Below, in pieces: positions 14,044 through 26,830 of a stretch of DNA of 64,000 nucleotides (the stretch's first letter is position 1; every line of letters starts with the position of its first letter). The notes beneath the pieces were generated by a model. The model was not told the DNA's origin. It did no database searches and saw only the letters and a list, made by a program, of their open reading frames with translations. A program made the translations under genes and the position numbers. This stretch comes from the human T2T-CHM13v2.0 reference genome, Homo sapiens. Location of the stretch: assembly GCF_009914755.1 (NCBI RefSeq), contig NC_060936.1. One strand, given 5' to 3'.

Positions 14044-15229
14044 TGCAGTTCCTCTTATAGTAAAAACATGGAGAAATCCCACATGAGGATCATAAAAATT
14101 ACATTGTTTTTCCATGTTTACATTGATCACAGTAGGACTTTGCACCCACAAAGGTACAATATCTAATTGTCATAATTTACTGTAATATACTGCCACAACA
14201 CATTTGAGGTATGTCCTATCTGCTGCTGGTGGCGGAGGCAACATGAACTAATGAGCCAGCTCATTCATGCTAACATGCGTCGCTCAGACCATTTAGTCCA
14301 GGTGCAATCCCTCCTCCCCCGCAGCGTGGGCCTGGGGTCAGGACTTACCACGAATGTGCAGACTAGAGTCTTGAAAAAGGTTTCAGCTGCTGCCCCCTCT
14401 GTATCCAACTGCGGGAAATGAACAATTGAAGATATCAACAACCTTAAAAGTGTGCTTCCCTTTGGCAAGAAATGCCCTCTTGGGAATGTATCCTAAAGGC
14501 ATATAGTCTGAGATATGCAAAAGAATTTGCTTCAAGTTCTGTTTGAAAATTTCTTCAAAAAGTGGAAGAAAACCTTAAGATCCAGCAACAGGGGATTGCT
14601 GTTTAAAAAAAAGACTGTGGTGCTTGTTTAGAATGCGCCGCTGTGCAGACATAAAAGTGACAACGTGACAGTGTATTTATGGACATCGGAGGAAGTTCAC
14701 GGTGGAGTAAACTTTATAGAAATGTTGTTTATAAACCAGTGTGCCTGAGATGGTTCGTGTCTTTGTAAAATCTATTTATAGAAGAGGCTTAGGAAGGAGC
14801 CGCCCTAACCACATTTCTGGAGGAATAGGAGAGAAACCTGGAGGGTGTAGGTCTTCACATTTGCATGATCCCGGGGAGTGGGGGCGGGGAACTGCCTGGG
14901 GCTGCAGCGATCTTCATCAGTCACTGGTGACCTTGAGTGAACGAGCCTCAGTTCCTTCATCTGTATAGTGGGGATGAAGCAGGATTTTTGTACTTTTTAA
15001 AAGGCGAGAATTCATTTCAAACTCCTAGAAAAGTGCCTGGCACTGTGTGAGCCCTTAATAAACATGAGCAAATATCACTGTCTGGATTTTCTGAACTGAA
15101 CATACACTGCCTTTAGAATGGGGACAAAATGCTTTTCGAATGAAAAATAAAAAGCAAAGAGAACCATGTGCTTGCGAGAAGTCAAGTCCCCTGCTCTCTG
15201 TGAATAACTGATCTTGTGACTTTCCTCAG

Positions 15230-15409
15230 GGGTCACGTTTTCTTTTTTCTGGAAGACACAAGGAGAACAGTCTAGACCAATCCCTTCTGCGTATGGGGGA
15301 CAGGTCATCTCCAATGGGTTCAAAGTCTGCTCCAGCGGTGGCAGAGGCTCTGTGGAGCTGTACACGCGGGACAATTCCATGACATGGGAGGCCTCCTTCA
15401 GCCCCCCAG
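15230..15409 (+). CDS. ADGRD1: ADGRD1 coding exon (~exon 5), [10 protein letters not shown]...WEASFSPP, pentraxin domain
   Basis: tttcctcag acceptor, CCAG|gtgagt donor, 180 nt, phase 1-1, open in frame (missing from the ORF track because it has no start codon). Confidence 0.96.
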
Positions 15410-16369
15410 GTGAGTGACAGCATCGGTCCCGGGAGGCTCTGCCTGGAGGAGTGGAGTCTTCTCTGAGAATGGACGCTGAGAAGCCCAACGCAGCCCAAGG
15501 AGCCCAGGGATGCTGCTGCCTCCTGGCACCCGAGCTCCTTTCCTTTAAGGGTTGTTGGGGAGGTGCATGGGGAGAGGCAAGGAGGTGCCCTTGGTAAGCC
15601 GCCTTTGGTTGGTGCAGAGCCTGGGCTCCGTCTGCCCGTGCACTGTGTGCCTGCTGTAGGTTACCTGACCACACTGACCTCAGTGATCACACCTGTGATG
15701 TGCAGATGATATTGACAGTACTTACCTCACGGTTTCCAGGACATTAAGCTGAAGATATGGTGTGCAAAGTGCAAGCAGTGGTTACATTTCTCCTTCTTTT
15801 CCTTCTCATTTTCCCTCTTCCTCCTCATCTGCCTCCTTTTTCTCTCACAGTCTTTGTCTCTTCCTCTTTCTCTTCCTCCCCCTCCTCTTCTTCCTTCTTC
15901 TTAGTGGTATAGACTTGAAATTGTTTAAAGCATGACGAGAAGAAGCTTTTGGAGAGAGAGGCTGAAGAATCGGGGAGCAGAGGAAGGGGCTGGGGGAGAG
16001 CGCATGAAGCACTGGACTGTGCGTGGTCTTGGAGGAGGGAGGGGCCCTGGATGTGTGGGAAGAGAACAGGAGTCCCTGCACATTGGCTGAGTTTGCAGGT
16101 GGGTGTTGAGACATGGACGTGGGGCAGTAGGCTGCAGAGGCTGACGAAGGTCTGAAGTGGAAGCTGGAGAAGGGGAACAGGTGGCTGGGGACACAGAAGG
16201 ACTCAGGGTGGCATGGAGTGGGGGCCAAGTCAGGACTGGAGCCCAACAAGGGAAGGGCAGAGGTGGAGGGGGCAGCACAAAAGCCTAGGATGATCTCCTC
16301 CGGTAGGAAACATCTTTGATGTATTTAAGGGAAATCCATTTTCTGGCTCATTCTTAAGGGAGGCTGCAT

Positions 16370-16600
16370 GGCCCAGTTATTAAAAAGCGTGAACTCTGGA
16401 CCCAAACAGGCTGGATCAAATCCCGCCTCTGGACATTGGTAGTTGTGTGAACCTGGGCACCTTCCCTAACTGCCCTATGCCTCAGTTTCCTCATTCATAA
16501 TATGGCAGTAATAGCAGTATCACATCATAGGGTGACTGTGAGAACTAAGTGGGCTGCTAGGCATAAAGCATGGAATGATGGCACAGTGGGCCCAGAAGGT
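16370..16600 (+). mobile_element. MIR
   Basis: tgtgtgaacctgggc...gcctcagtttcctcattcataatatgg. Confidence 0.75.
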
Positions 16601-18083
16601 GTTTGCCTTCTTCTGTGGATGCTCGGTGTGCTCGGACCAGCTTGTACCTCCACCTCTGTAAAGTGGGGCAGTTCAGCAAACATCTACTTCAAATTTGCCC
16701 TCTGTGATCCCTAAGGTCAGAAATAATCTCTGCCTCCCTCCCCTGACACAGAACCATCTGAACCTTTTCCGTGACCTTCCTGTTCCACTTGCTATCAGAG
16801 TCCGATTGTAAGCAGCTTATCTCTCTGCTCCTTGGGGCTGGTGGAACGTGGTTTCAGGCATCCATTAGGTTCTTTGACCTTGAACAAAGGTAAAGTATGC
16901 TCAACTCTGGCTGCTTTTCCACCCAGGGAAAGGGCGAGAATTAGAAACACTTCTGGCTGGCAATGTGCTCTCTTTTGTGCATTGAAGGCATTTGTTATTC
17001 TTACTTTCAAACTCAGGGGCAATAATACTTTGGACCAACCTAGGGTCCAAGCGTGCTCCAGAGACTCAAAATTATCAGAAAGTTGCACAATCTTGAGCAA
17101 GAAGCCCTGATGTCATTCTGGGTGATCTAAGATGCATAGCTGGCTAGAGGTGATGTGTGTCCTTTAAAAGGGCTGCCCTGTTCCTTCCAGCAGCAAGCTC
17201 AGGAGGACAGCTTACCACACATGCTGGCAGAACAAAGGGAACCTTTGTGGGGGAATCAACAGTCAAAGTCTGATGAACATTCTTGTTGATGAGCGTGGTT
17301 CTTGTGCCAGAGAGAAGAGTAACACAAATGCTGGTTGATGGAGGTTCCTGAATGAGCAGGGAGGTTGGTCTTCCCTCTACCAACTCACTCCCATGTTGGT
17401 TAACATTATACGCCCTCGCTTAGAGCACAGGCTGATGCCAATGGCCTGTGGGCTGAGTTGGGTCCTCAGATGGGTTTTATGGTCCTATATTGTGATTGCC
17501 TAGGCCAAGTTTGTAAGAAAAATATTTGGAATGATTTACGATCATTAGTTATGATTTTATTTTAAAATTAAGATTTTCCAATTTCTTTTGGAAATAAAAA
17601 GACTGGCAAGGCAGGCTCTTCATCTCTCATGTTACTGATGGGGGAGGTGAGTAGGGGCCACCTCGTGATGGGGCAGCCGCCCTTCCACGCACTGCAGTCA
17701 GCACAGAAGCCACGTCCTCAGGGAAAGCTCGTTACTGTGCTTACCCGCTCCCTGGCCTCTGCAGACTGGGTTGGTGGGCGCCATGGAGTGCCTGTATTGC
17801 TGTTAGATTTTAATAGATTTTATTTTTTAGAACAGTTTTAGATTCACAGAAAAATTGAGTGCAAAGTTCAGAGAATTCCCATTACCCTCCGCCTCTACAC
17901 AGGCACAGCTTCCCCCACTATGGACATTCCCCCACCAGAATGATCCATTTGTTACATGTGATGAACCTACAGTGACACATCATTGTCACCCAAAGTCCAT
18001 AGTTCACATTAGCATTTGCTCTCGGTGTTGTACATTCTATGGGTTGGTGAGGTTGATCTTTCGCCCATTTTAAAAATTGGATT

Positions 18084-18305
18084 GTTTTTCTTTCTTTTTT
18101 CCTTCCTCCCTTTCTTCTTCCCCTCCTCTCTCTTTTCCTTCTTTCCCTCCCTCCCTTCCTCCCTCCCTCCCTTCCTTCCTTCTTGCCTTCCATCCTCCCT
18201 TGCTCCCTTCCTTTCCTTCTTTCCTTCCTTCTTTCTTCTCTTCTCTCTCTCTCTCACTCTCTCTCTCCTCTCTTCTCTCTTTCTCTCTTTCTTTCTTTTT
18301 CTTTC
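18084..18305. repeat. Pyrimidine-rich compound microsatellite (CTTT/CCTT/CT), expanded Alu tail
   Basis: ~220 bp almost pure C/T directly abutting an antisense Alu. Confidence 0.9.
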
Positions 18306-18545
18306 TGACAGGATCTGTCATCCAGGCTGGAGTACAGTGGTGCAATCATAGCTTACTGCAGCGTTTAACTCCAGGGCTCAGGTGATCCTCCTACCTCAGT
18401 TGCCCAAGTAGCTGGGATTACCGGCATGTGCCACCATGTCTCACTAGTTTTTTTTTTTTTTGGTACAGGTGAGGTCTTACTTGGTTGCCCAGGCTGGTCT
18501 CAAACTCCTGGCTTCAAGCGATCCTCCCATCTCGGCCTCCCAAAA
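18303..18545 (-). mobile_element. AluJ-like element, 5'-truncated
   Basis: tgcaatcatagcttactgcagc...tcaggtgatcctcc; ends at ctcggcctcccaaa. Confidence 0.88.
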
Positions 18546-18892
18546 TGCGGGTCGTTTGTTTTCTTACTGTTGAATTTTAAGAGTTTTTGGGTGTATTTTG
18601 GATAATAGTCCTTTATCATGTCTTTTCCAAATATTTTCTCCCCATCCGTGACTTGTCTTCTCATTCTCTTGACAGTGTCTTTCACAGAGCAGACATTTTT
18701 AGTTGTAAGGAAGTCCAGCTTGTCAATTATTTCTTTCATGGATTGTGCCTTTGGTGTTGGATCTAATAAGTCATCACTAAACCCAAGGTCATCTAGATGT
18801 TTTTCCTATATTATCTTCTAAGGGTTTTATAGTTTTGCATTTTATATTAGACCTATAGTCCATTTTGAATTAATTTTTATGACAGGTTTAAG

Positions 18893-19197
18893 ATTTTTTT
18901 TTTGTTTTTTTTTGAGATGGAGTTTGGCTCTTGTTGTCCAGGCTGGAGTGCAATGGGGCGATCTCGGCTCACTGCAACCTCCGCCTCCCGGGTTCAAGCA
19001 ATTCTTCCTGCCTCAGCCTCCTGAGTAGCTGGGATTACAGACACCTGCCACCACGCCCAGCTAATTTTTTGTATTTTTGTGGAGACGGGGTTTTGCCATG
19101 TTGGCTAGGCTGGTCTCGAACTCCTGACTTCAGGTGATCCACCTGCCTCGGCCTCCCAAAGTGCTGAGGTTACAGGCGTGAGCCACTGCGTCCGGCC
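18893..19197 (-). mobile_element. AluS-like element nested in L1
   Basis: Full dimer, TSD aagatt. Confidence 0.92.
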
Positions 19198-20438
19198 AAG
19201 ATTCTTTTTATTTTTTGGAACGTGGATATTCAGTTGTTGCAGCACCATTTGTTGCAACAAATGGTTCTGTTTGTTCATTGTACTGCCTTTCTCCTTTGTC
19301 AAAGATTGGTTGACTGTATTTTTATTGGTCTATCTCTGGGCTGTTTATTCTGTCCCACAGATCATTCATCTGTTTTTTTCCAATGCCACACTGTCTTGAC
19401 TACTGTAACTTTTTATAGTAAGTCTGGAAATTGGGTAGTGTTGTTCCTCCAATGTTGTTTTTCTCCTTCAATATTGTATTGGCTATTCTGGCTCTCTTCC
19501 TTCTCCATAGTTTATCAATATCCACAAAATAACTTGATGAGATTTTTATTGGGATTGTGTTGAATATATAGATCAATTTGGGAAGAACTGACATCTTCAC
19601 AACATTGAGTCTTTCTGTCCATGAATATGGAATATCTCTCCATTTATTTAGTTCTTGTTTAATTTCTTTCATCAGAGTTATATAGTTTTCTTTATATATA
19701 GCTTATAAATGTATTGTTATAATATATGTATTTCTTTTTCCTTTTTTGGCACCAATGACAATGGTAATGTGTTTTTTAATTGTAAATTCTACTTGTTCGT
19801 TGCTGGCAGATGGGGAGCAATTGACTTGTATATTAACCTTGTAGCCTGTAATCTTGCTATGCTCACTCATTAGTTTCAGCTTTGTTGTTGATTCTTTTGG
19901 ATTTTCTACATAGACAATCACATCATCTGTGAATAAATATAGTTTTATTGCATCCTTCCCAATATTTATATTCTTATTTCCTTTTTTTTCCTTTTTTGCC
20001 TTATTGCATTAGTTAGGACTTTCAGTACAATGTTAAAAAGGAGTGGTAAAAGGGGACATCCTTGTCTCGCTCCTGACCATTTTTTCTTAACTGAGCTTAT
20101 GGTCTGATTGGTTGGCACTTGTGCCCTGCCATTTTTCAAATATTTTAATCACACTTGCTTGTGGGCATTTGAATTTGTAACTACTATGTTAAAATAACAA
20201 GGAGTCTCCTTGAACTGCTTCTGGAATTTAGGGCATAAGGACAAAAAGATAACATCCTTCCTGTGCTCCAAAGGACTGGGGAAAGTCAGGTCTGTGTTAT
20301 ACCTTGTATTAGGACGCACCACAGTTAACAGTGATTGATCACCTTAAGAAAGAAGGATGTGCCTACAAACAGGAAAAACCTGTGCATGGGGAGCTCATTC
20401 CCACAGCACTCAGAATGGCGATCTTCACTCTTTTCCAG

Positions 20439-20693
20439 GCCCCTATTGGACTCATGTCCTATTTACATGGAAATCCAAGGAGGGCCTGAAAGTCTACGTC
20501 AACGGGACCCTGAGCACCTCTGATCCGAGTGGAAAAGTGTCTCGTGACTATGGAGAGTCCAACGTCAACCTCGTGATAGGGTCTGAGCAGGACCAGGCCA
20601 AGTGTTATGAGAACGGTGCTTTCGATGAGTTCATCATCTGGGAGCGGGCTCTGACTCCGGATGAGATCGCCATGTACTTCACTGCTGCCATTG
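20439..20693 (+). CDS. ADGRD1: ADGRD1 coding exon (~exon 6), [11 protein letters not shown]...[16 protein letters not shown]...AAI, pentraxin domain
   Basis: ttttccag acceptor, ATTG|gtcagt donor, 255 nt; WTHV-x-TW and DEF-x-IW-x-RAL motifs typical of pentraxin/LamG folds. Confidence 0.97.
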
Positions 20694-21174
20694 GTCAGTG
20701 AGTGTGAAGGGCTGGGGCAGATCCGCTGTCTGTTCCCAGGGTCACCCTGGTATCAGCCTCCTTTCTCCCCACTCTCCCGTTGCAGCTATCAGCACTGCAG
20801 GCGTGAGATGTGTCCTAATGAACCTTATAAACACAGTTGTGTGTTAGAACACCTGTTCCCTGAGATAGAGGAGTTAATAATTTACTAGAGATGCTTTGAG
20901 ATGAATATTGTTCTGTTGATCATCACGGGGTTTCAAGGTATATGTGATGGACGATTATAGAAGGCTTTGGAGAGCAAGTATTCCAGATCCATTAGTGTTT
21001 TTGATCAACAAATGTTAGCCGTGTGCCTCCCAGGGGATGGGCCCTTGGAAAGCCCCGAAGATACCTCTTCCTATTCAGCACAGGGCAGTTGTTCGGGGCA
21101 GGGGCCTGTGGGTAGGTGGACTGGGGTTCAAATATTCATTGTGCCATAATGAGCCGTGAGACTTTGGGAAGTCA

Positions 21175-21450
21175 TTTTTAAAAACTGAGGTCAAATTCAT
21201 ATATCATAAACATAACCATTTAAAAATGAACAAGTCAGTACACTTGGCACATTCACGGTGTTATGCAGCTGCCACCTCTACCTGGCTTGGAAACATTTTC
21301 ATCCCCCCAAAAGGAAACCCCGCACCCGGTGAGTACAGTCACTCCCCGCCTTCCCCTCCCCCAGACTCTGGCAACCACGAATCTACTTTCTGTCTTTACC
21401 TATTTTGGAGATTCCACATAAATGGAAATGTGTAACGTATAACCTTTTTG
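21175..21450 (-). mobile_element. L1M 3' end fragment
   Basis: aattcatatatcataaa...aacattttcatccccccaaaaggaaaccc...ggcaaccacgaatctactttctgtc. Confidence 0.75.
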
Positions 21451-21839
21451 TCTTAATCTCTCAGATTTTTTTTTTGCTCTGTTAAATGGATAAAAATACT
21501 CCCTTTCTGGGGGAGGTGTTGATAATAAAGGCCATTAGCACAATGCCTGGCATATGGCAAGAATCCAGTGGTTCTTAGCTGTTTTTAAAATTAATATTCA
21601 TCTTTCCCCTACAATTCCATTTTCATGCTGCCCACAAGTGAATGCACCATTTTTTCCCCAATGGGTTTCTTTATTTCCACATAAAATAATCTGCTAAAAA
21701 ATGACAGACCCCATGTAGGCACTCACAAACATGTGGCTGCTGCTTCATTGGGACCCAGCACAGCGGATGTCAGGACCAGGAGAGAAAGGCCTGAGTTCCA
21801 GACGCTGCCTGCCCTCGTTCCGCTTCTGACGTTGAGTCC

Positions 21840-22395
21840 CTCAGTTGTTAGGACCCTATTGATTGCATGACAGAAAACCCAATTCAAGATAACTTTAGCC
21901 AAGAAAGCCATGTGTTTCTTTTTCATCTCTTGCAATGGAAGCTCTAGGGGAAACTGCTTCAGAACTGGTTTGGTCCAGGTGCTCACATGATGTCAGTGGG
22001 AATCTCTGCGTTTGACCCTGCCCTCTTTTGTTAGCCTCCTCCTGGTGCCAAGGTGGCTGTCATGCTTCTAGTGTTGCATCCTCTGCCCTCAGCAGCCTCT
22101 GTGGAAAAGAGGGAGCTTCTCTTATCACTTCCCATGCTGGGGCTGGGCAGGACTCACATTGGCTCACATTTATCCATGCACCTTCCATGAGTCATTTTCT
22201 GTGTCTGGGAGTGCAGAATATGCTGACTGGCTTAGGTCTCTGTCATAGTCCCCCATCCCCAGCCCCCCTGAAATGACAGTGAGGTCAGCCTTGTCCAGAA
22301 CATGTGGAGGAGAGGGGACTCCCAGGGGACAATCAGGGATGCTGGTCTCAGAAGGAACAGATGCTGTGCAGGCAAAACAGCCTGTGTCCACTACA
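21840..22395. mobile_element. MaLR solo LTR (old MLT1 type)
   Basis: gttaggaccctattgattgcatgacagaaaacccaattcaa start; ggcaaaacagcctgtgtccactaca end. Confidence 0.6.
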
Positions 22396-24353
22396 GCCTT
22401 CGACATTTACATCTTCCAGCTTCCACCCAGGAAAACGGAATGCATTCCCTCTCCTAGCACTGACAGAGGGCAAATGATAGCATCCTTCAGAAGAAAAAAA
22501 TGGACCAATCTACTGCATTTTATTGCCTAGGGTTTAGAGTTGTCACTTTGAAACCAAGATATCACTTGTATTTATGTTATGAAAAGCTTCAAACAAAGCC
22601 TGCCCTCCTGACAGTTTACTTGTTTTAGTAACACTGGAAAGAGGTGCCCTTGTTTCTGGTTCTTGTTCTTGTCAGAGCAAACCCTCATCGCCAGAACCAG
22701 AACTGAACCAGAACTGGATCGACCAGAATCCCATTGCACCTGGTGACCTGGTCTGAAGACAAGGCATACGACGTAAAGCATGTATAGGAGAATGGCTCTT
22801 GAAGTCCCTGGAAGGCCTGTGTGGGGCCCCGTGTACCACTGCTCAGTGAGTCTGACACAGCCGAGTTCAGGGCAGCCATGCAGAGTGACAACTGGAACTG
22901 AAATCCAGTCTGCTCCCAGCCAGGCCGGGCCTCGGTGGGGACATGGCCACACAAGTAGGTAGAAGTCTTTCTTTACATGAAGACCTGTCTGCATTTGAAG
23001 CTGTGCTGGGGCTGTAGGTGCCCAGAGGGGGCTTTTTTCTGAGTGACCTGGGCAGAGGTGACACCTCCTCTAATCTCATGAGCCAGAGCTGGCACCATTT
23101 GCTGACCGGTCCGTCCAGGTGTGGTGGCCTTTCCTGATACAAAGGCACAGTGCTGACCGTCTGTCACCCTGGCCAGGTGTCCCCTCTCCCTTACCACTGG
23201 AATGGACAGCAGCTCTTTCTGTAGAGGAGGAAGAAGGTTATGTTCAGATACGTGTAATCGGAAAGCATGTACCTTTGGGCACTGGAAACACACTCAACAG
23301 GTGGGAACTGGGACCGACTGAGGACCTGGCAGATTCTCATTTTCACCCCAGTCTCCATGGTCATCGCTTGCAAGCGTTGGCAGGATCGCTGGACCGATTT
23401 TCACTATCCCTCACTCTGCTTTGTGGACACACACGAGTTAAATGTGAGTTTGACATGACTCCTCTGTAACTCATTGGCACCTGAGGAGTGAATGTCACTC
23501 TGACTTGGAGAACAGAGCGGTTCTGGGGTCCAGTTCTCTCGGCAGCGCCACACCTTCTGCGTTCACCAGCAGCCCAACCCCACCCAAACCCAAGGGCTCA
23601 GTCACTCCTGCAGCCAGCAAGGGGTGATGATGTCATTTCCTCAGCTCATCCAAAGCAACTTCAAGAGATTTTCCAAAAATGAAGTAGAATATCTGGTTAA
23701 GTGTGTGTTCTCATCAGGAAATAGTGGGATTAGAAATAGTTGGGGGTGAACAGGCAGAGAACAGCAAATCATGGCTTAGTCTTCAGCCTTAAATGTCTTC
23801 ATTGTTTGTAATAATTCATCATTAACCCCATGGGGGCTGAGTGCAAAGAATAGCTGGAATCCTTGGGCTAGAGGGGGCTCAGGAAGACAGTTTTCTCCAC
23901 TGCTTTACTGGGGCCTATTCTCACTTCATCGATCTCAGAGGAGAGCGCTCCCAGGGCTCCTGTCTGTGCTGGCCCAGCGAGTTGTAGCACTCCTCATTTT
24001 ATCTCCAACCAGTCTGGATGCAATTGAAATCTATTTCTTTTGGTTCTTTATTTATTTGAAATCGGTAATCCTTGTATAAAATCATCTTTTGATATGCTGA
24101 CTTGCATGAAGGGTGTTCAAAAGCGATTGAGAATACAAATGGAAAAGTAATGTGACCTGGGAAAATCTATACGGTCGACTCAGTCAGCTGATTTCTTAGC
24201 CCATAATTTATCTCCAGCAACATTCCTACTCAAAACATTCTCAGACTCTCTTCCATGTGTCTGAAGCCAGTACATTTTTAACAAGGACAGGTCTTCCTCG
24301 TGGTGAAAAAAGTGACCATGTTTTAGTCCTTAATCCAGCATTGTTTCTTCCAG

Positions 24354-24418
24354 GAAAGCATGCTTTATTGTCTTCAACGCTGCCAAGCCTCTTCATGACA
24401 TACACAGCAAGCCCCGTG
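24354..24418 (+). CDS. ADGRD1: ADGRD1 coding exon (~exon 7), GKHALLSSTLPSLFMTYTASPV, Ser/Thr linker
   Basis: tttcttccag acceptor, GTG|gtgagc donor, 65 nt, phase 1-0. Confidence 0.94.
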
Positions 24419-24829
24419 GTGAGCAGACACATCTTCCTTGGTCCCCCTTGCTGATGTTCTTCTGCTTGGGCTGTTTGCTGGGAGAGAGAAAATTCCATTA
24501 GGTGTCTGGGCTCTCTGTTATCGGCAGTACATTGTCTGGGAAGAAATAACAAATGGAGGGGAAGCCAACTGCAGTACTAATTCTTGGTGCTAAGAGTGAC
24601 TGAAGGGAAAACTCTCAACTCCTGCCACCAGGAACCTCAGGTGCCCAAAAGGAAATACCGGGCTCATTCATGGGACGTGGGCGCCGTGAGTGGGGAGTGA
24701 GGAATCTGCCCTGCTTGGCTTCTCTCTATGCCCTTTTCGTTTGATGTTAGAGAAAAGTTCAATTCATATAGAAAAATTCTTGTCTGGAATTAGTGTTTGT
24801 AGTTAAAGAACTGTCCTTTCTTGAGAACG

Positions 24830-25534
<705 letters not shown>

Positions 25535-25574
25535 TTAGTTCTTAGTAGAAACTCATGTTGCCAATTTCTTTCAG

Positions 25575-25730
25575 ATGCCCACAGATGCCTACCATCCCAT
25601 CATAACCAACCTGACAGAAGAGAGAAAAACCTTCCAAAGTCCCGGAGTGATACTGAGTTACCTCCAAAATGTATCCCTCAGCTTACCCAGTAAGTCCCTC
25701 TCGGAGCAGACAGCCTTGAATCTCACCAAG
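25575..25730 (+). CDS. ADGRD1: ADGRD1 coding exon (~exon 8), [10 protein letters not shown]...ALNLTK
   Basis: tttctttcag acceptor, AAG|gtaagg donor, 156 nt, phase 0-0. Confidence 0.96.
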
Positions 25731-26707
25731 GTAAGGCTATTTGATGTCTGTGTCTGGTGGACCGGGCGTGGCACCCTTACCGGGACCATAGATGTTTCTG
25801 TTTGACCTAGATCGAGTTTAAAAAAAGCAGGAACTTTTACTGAAACGTTTGGGTTTCAGGCTTCTCACGAACGACCAGCTGGTGTGGCCCTCCTGGCCAG
25901 CTCTGTACAGCTCAGCGGAGCTTCCTTTATGGGCACTTGAGTCTTTGCTGTGGTTTCCCAATGCCCAACCTGCCTGGTCCCCCCTGTGCAGCCACCTGGC
26001 CCCCGCGGGCGTGTGGTTGGCAACTCCTAGACTAAATAAACTCTGCTGCCTCCTGGCAACAGGTAAAAGGTGGAGAGGCCTCACTGGCAGATCCAGCCGT
26101 GGGGCGTGGGCCACAGCCTGTGCACAGTGGGAGTCCCCAAAGCTATCTAAACACTTAGAGAATGCAACATTTATGGCATTAAAATCAAGATGGTTTCTCT
26201 TTCTGCTCCTCCAAATAGTTTCCAGGTGAAGGCAGAGGGTGGATCGTGGGCTCTCGTGGACTTGCTGTCTTCTGTTTCAGGGCTAGGGCTTATCTTGGTG
26301 GATGCGAAGACAGAAGGGGTTTTGAGATTGGCTCACCTTGAAAGCACAGCATATGGGTTAGGAGCAGGGTATATGAAGTCCCACGGCTGCACTGACCTTT
26401 GATCTGCAGTTACTCTGTGTCCTTGGTCAAGTGACCTAACATCTCTGCCTCACTTGGCTCCTGAGATGTGGAGGAAATAATAACAGCGCCCACTTCATCG
26501 GGGATAAGTGGGTTCCTATGTGCACAGAACAGTGCTGGGTACGTGGTGAGCACTTTTCAAGGGTTCTTAATTCTTACTGATTTCCTTGCTGAAGTCACAC
26601 CCAAAGAAGCACATGCAGAGCCATGTGTTCAGGGACTTGAGACATCTTGGAATGGAGGGAGGTTGCCCTCAGCTTTTCTGTCCACGTAAGAGAAGTTAGA
26701 CTTCTCA

Positions 26708-26830
26708 GATTTCATTCATTCATTCATTCATTCATTCATTCATTCATAGACCATACTAGATTCTGGGAGTGCAGGATGACCAAGTGCTAATACTCCCTGC
26801 TTTCAAGAGGCTCAGGGTTGAGGGAGTGAT
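26708..26830 (-). mobile_element. (TTCA)9 microsatellite at an L2 3' end
   Basis: Perfect ttca run followed by L2-like ...ctccctgctttcaagaggctcag. Confidence 0.75.

Larger units (their letters stand above)
17805..20080 (-). mobile_element. Old L1 (L1M-type) 3' UTR and ORF2 fragments, interrupted by two Alus
   Basis: Minus-strand ORF relics ELNKWRDIPYSW...MSVLPKLIY, IVYVENPKES...GYKVNIQ and IDKLDFL...KRMRRQ are L1 ORF2p segments. Confidence 0.9.

Noticed and set aside
15075-15674. 199-aa minus-strand ORF overlapping exon ~5
   Set aside because: Antisense shadow of a coding exon in GC-rich DNA, non-ATG start, no recognisable domain.
18500-19921. Reverse-transcriptase-like ORFs on the minus strand
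   Set aside because: Broken, Alu-interrupted relics of an ancient L1 ORF2; non-functional.
25686-25695. Cryptic donor CCA|gtaagt inside exon ~8
   Set aside because: Poor exonic -3 to -1 match and a strong authentic AAG|gtaagg donor 41 nt downstream; use would frameshift, and nothing in the sequence supports usage.
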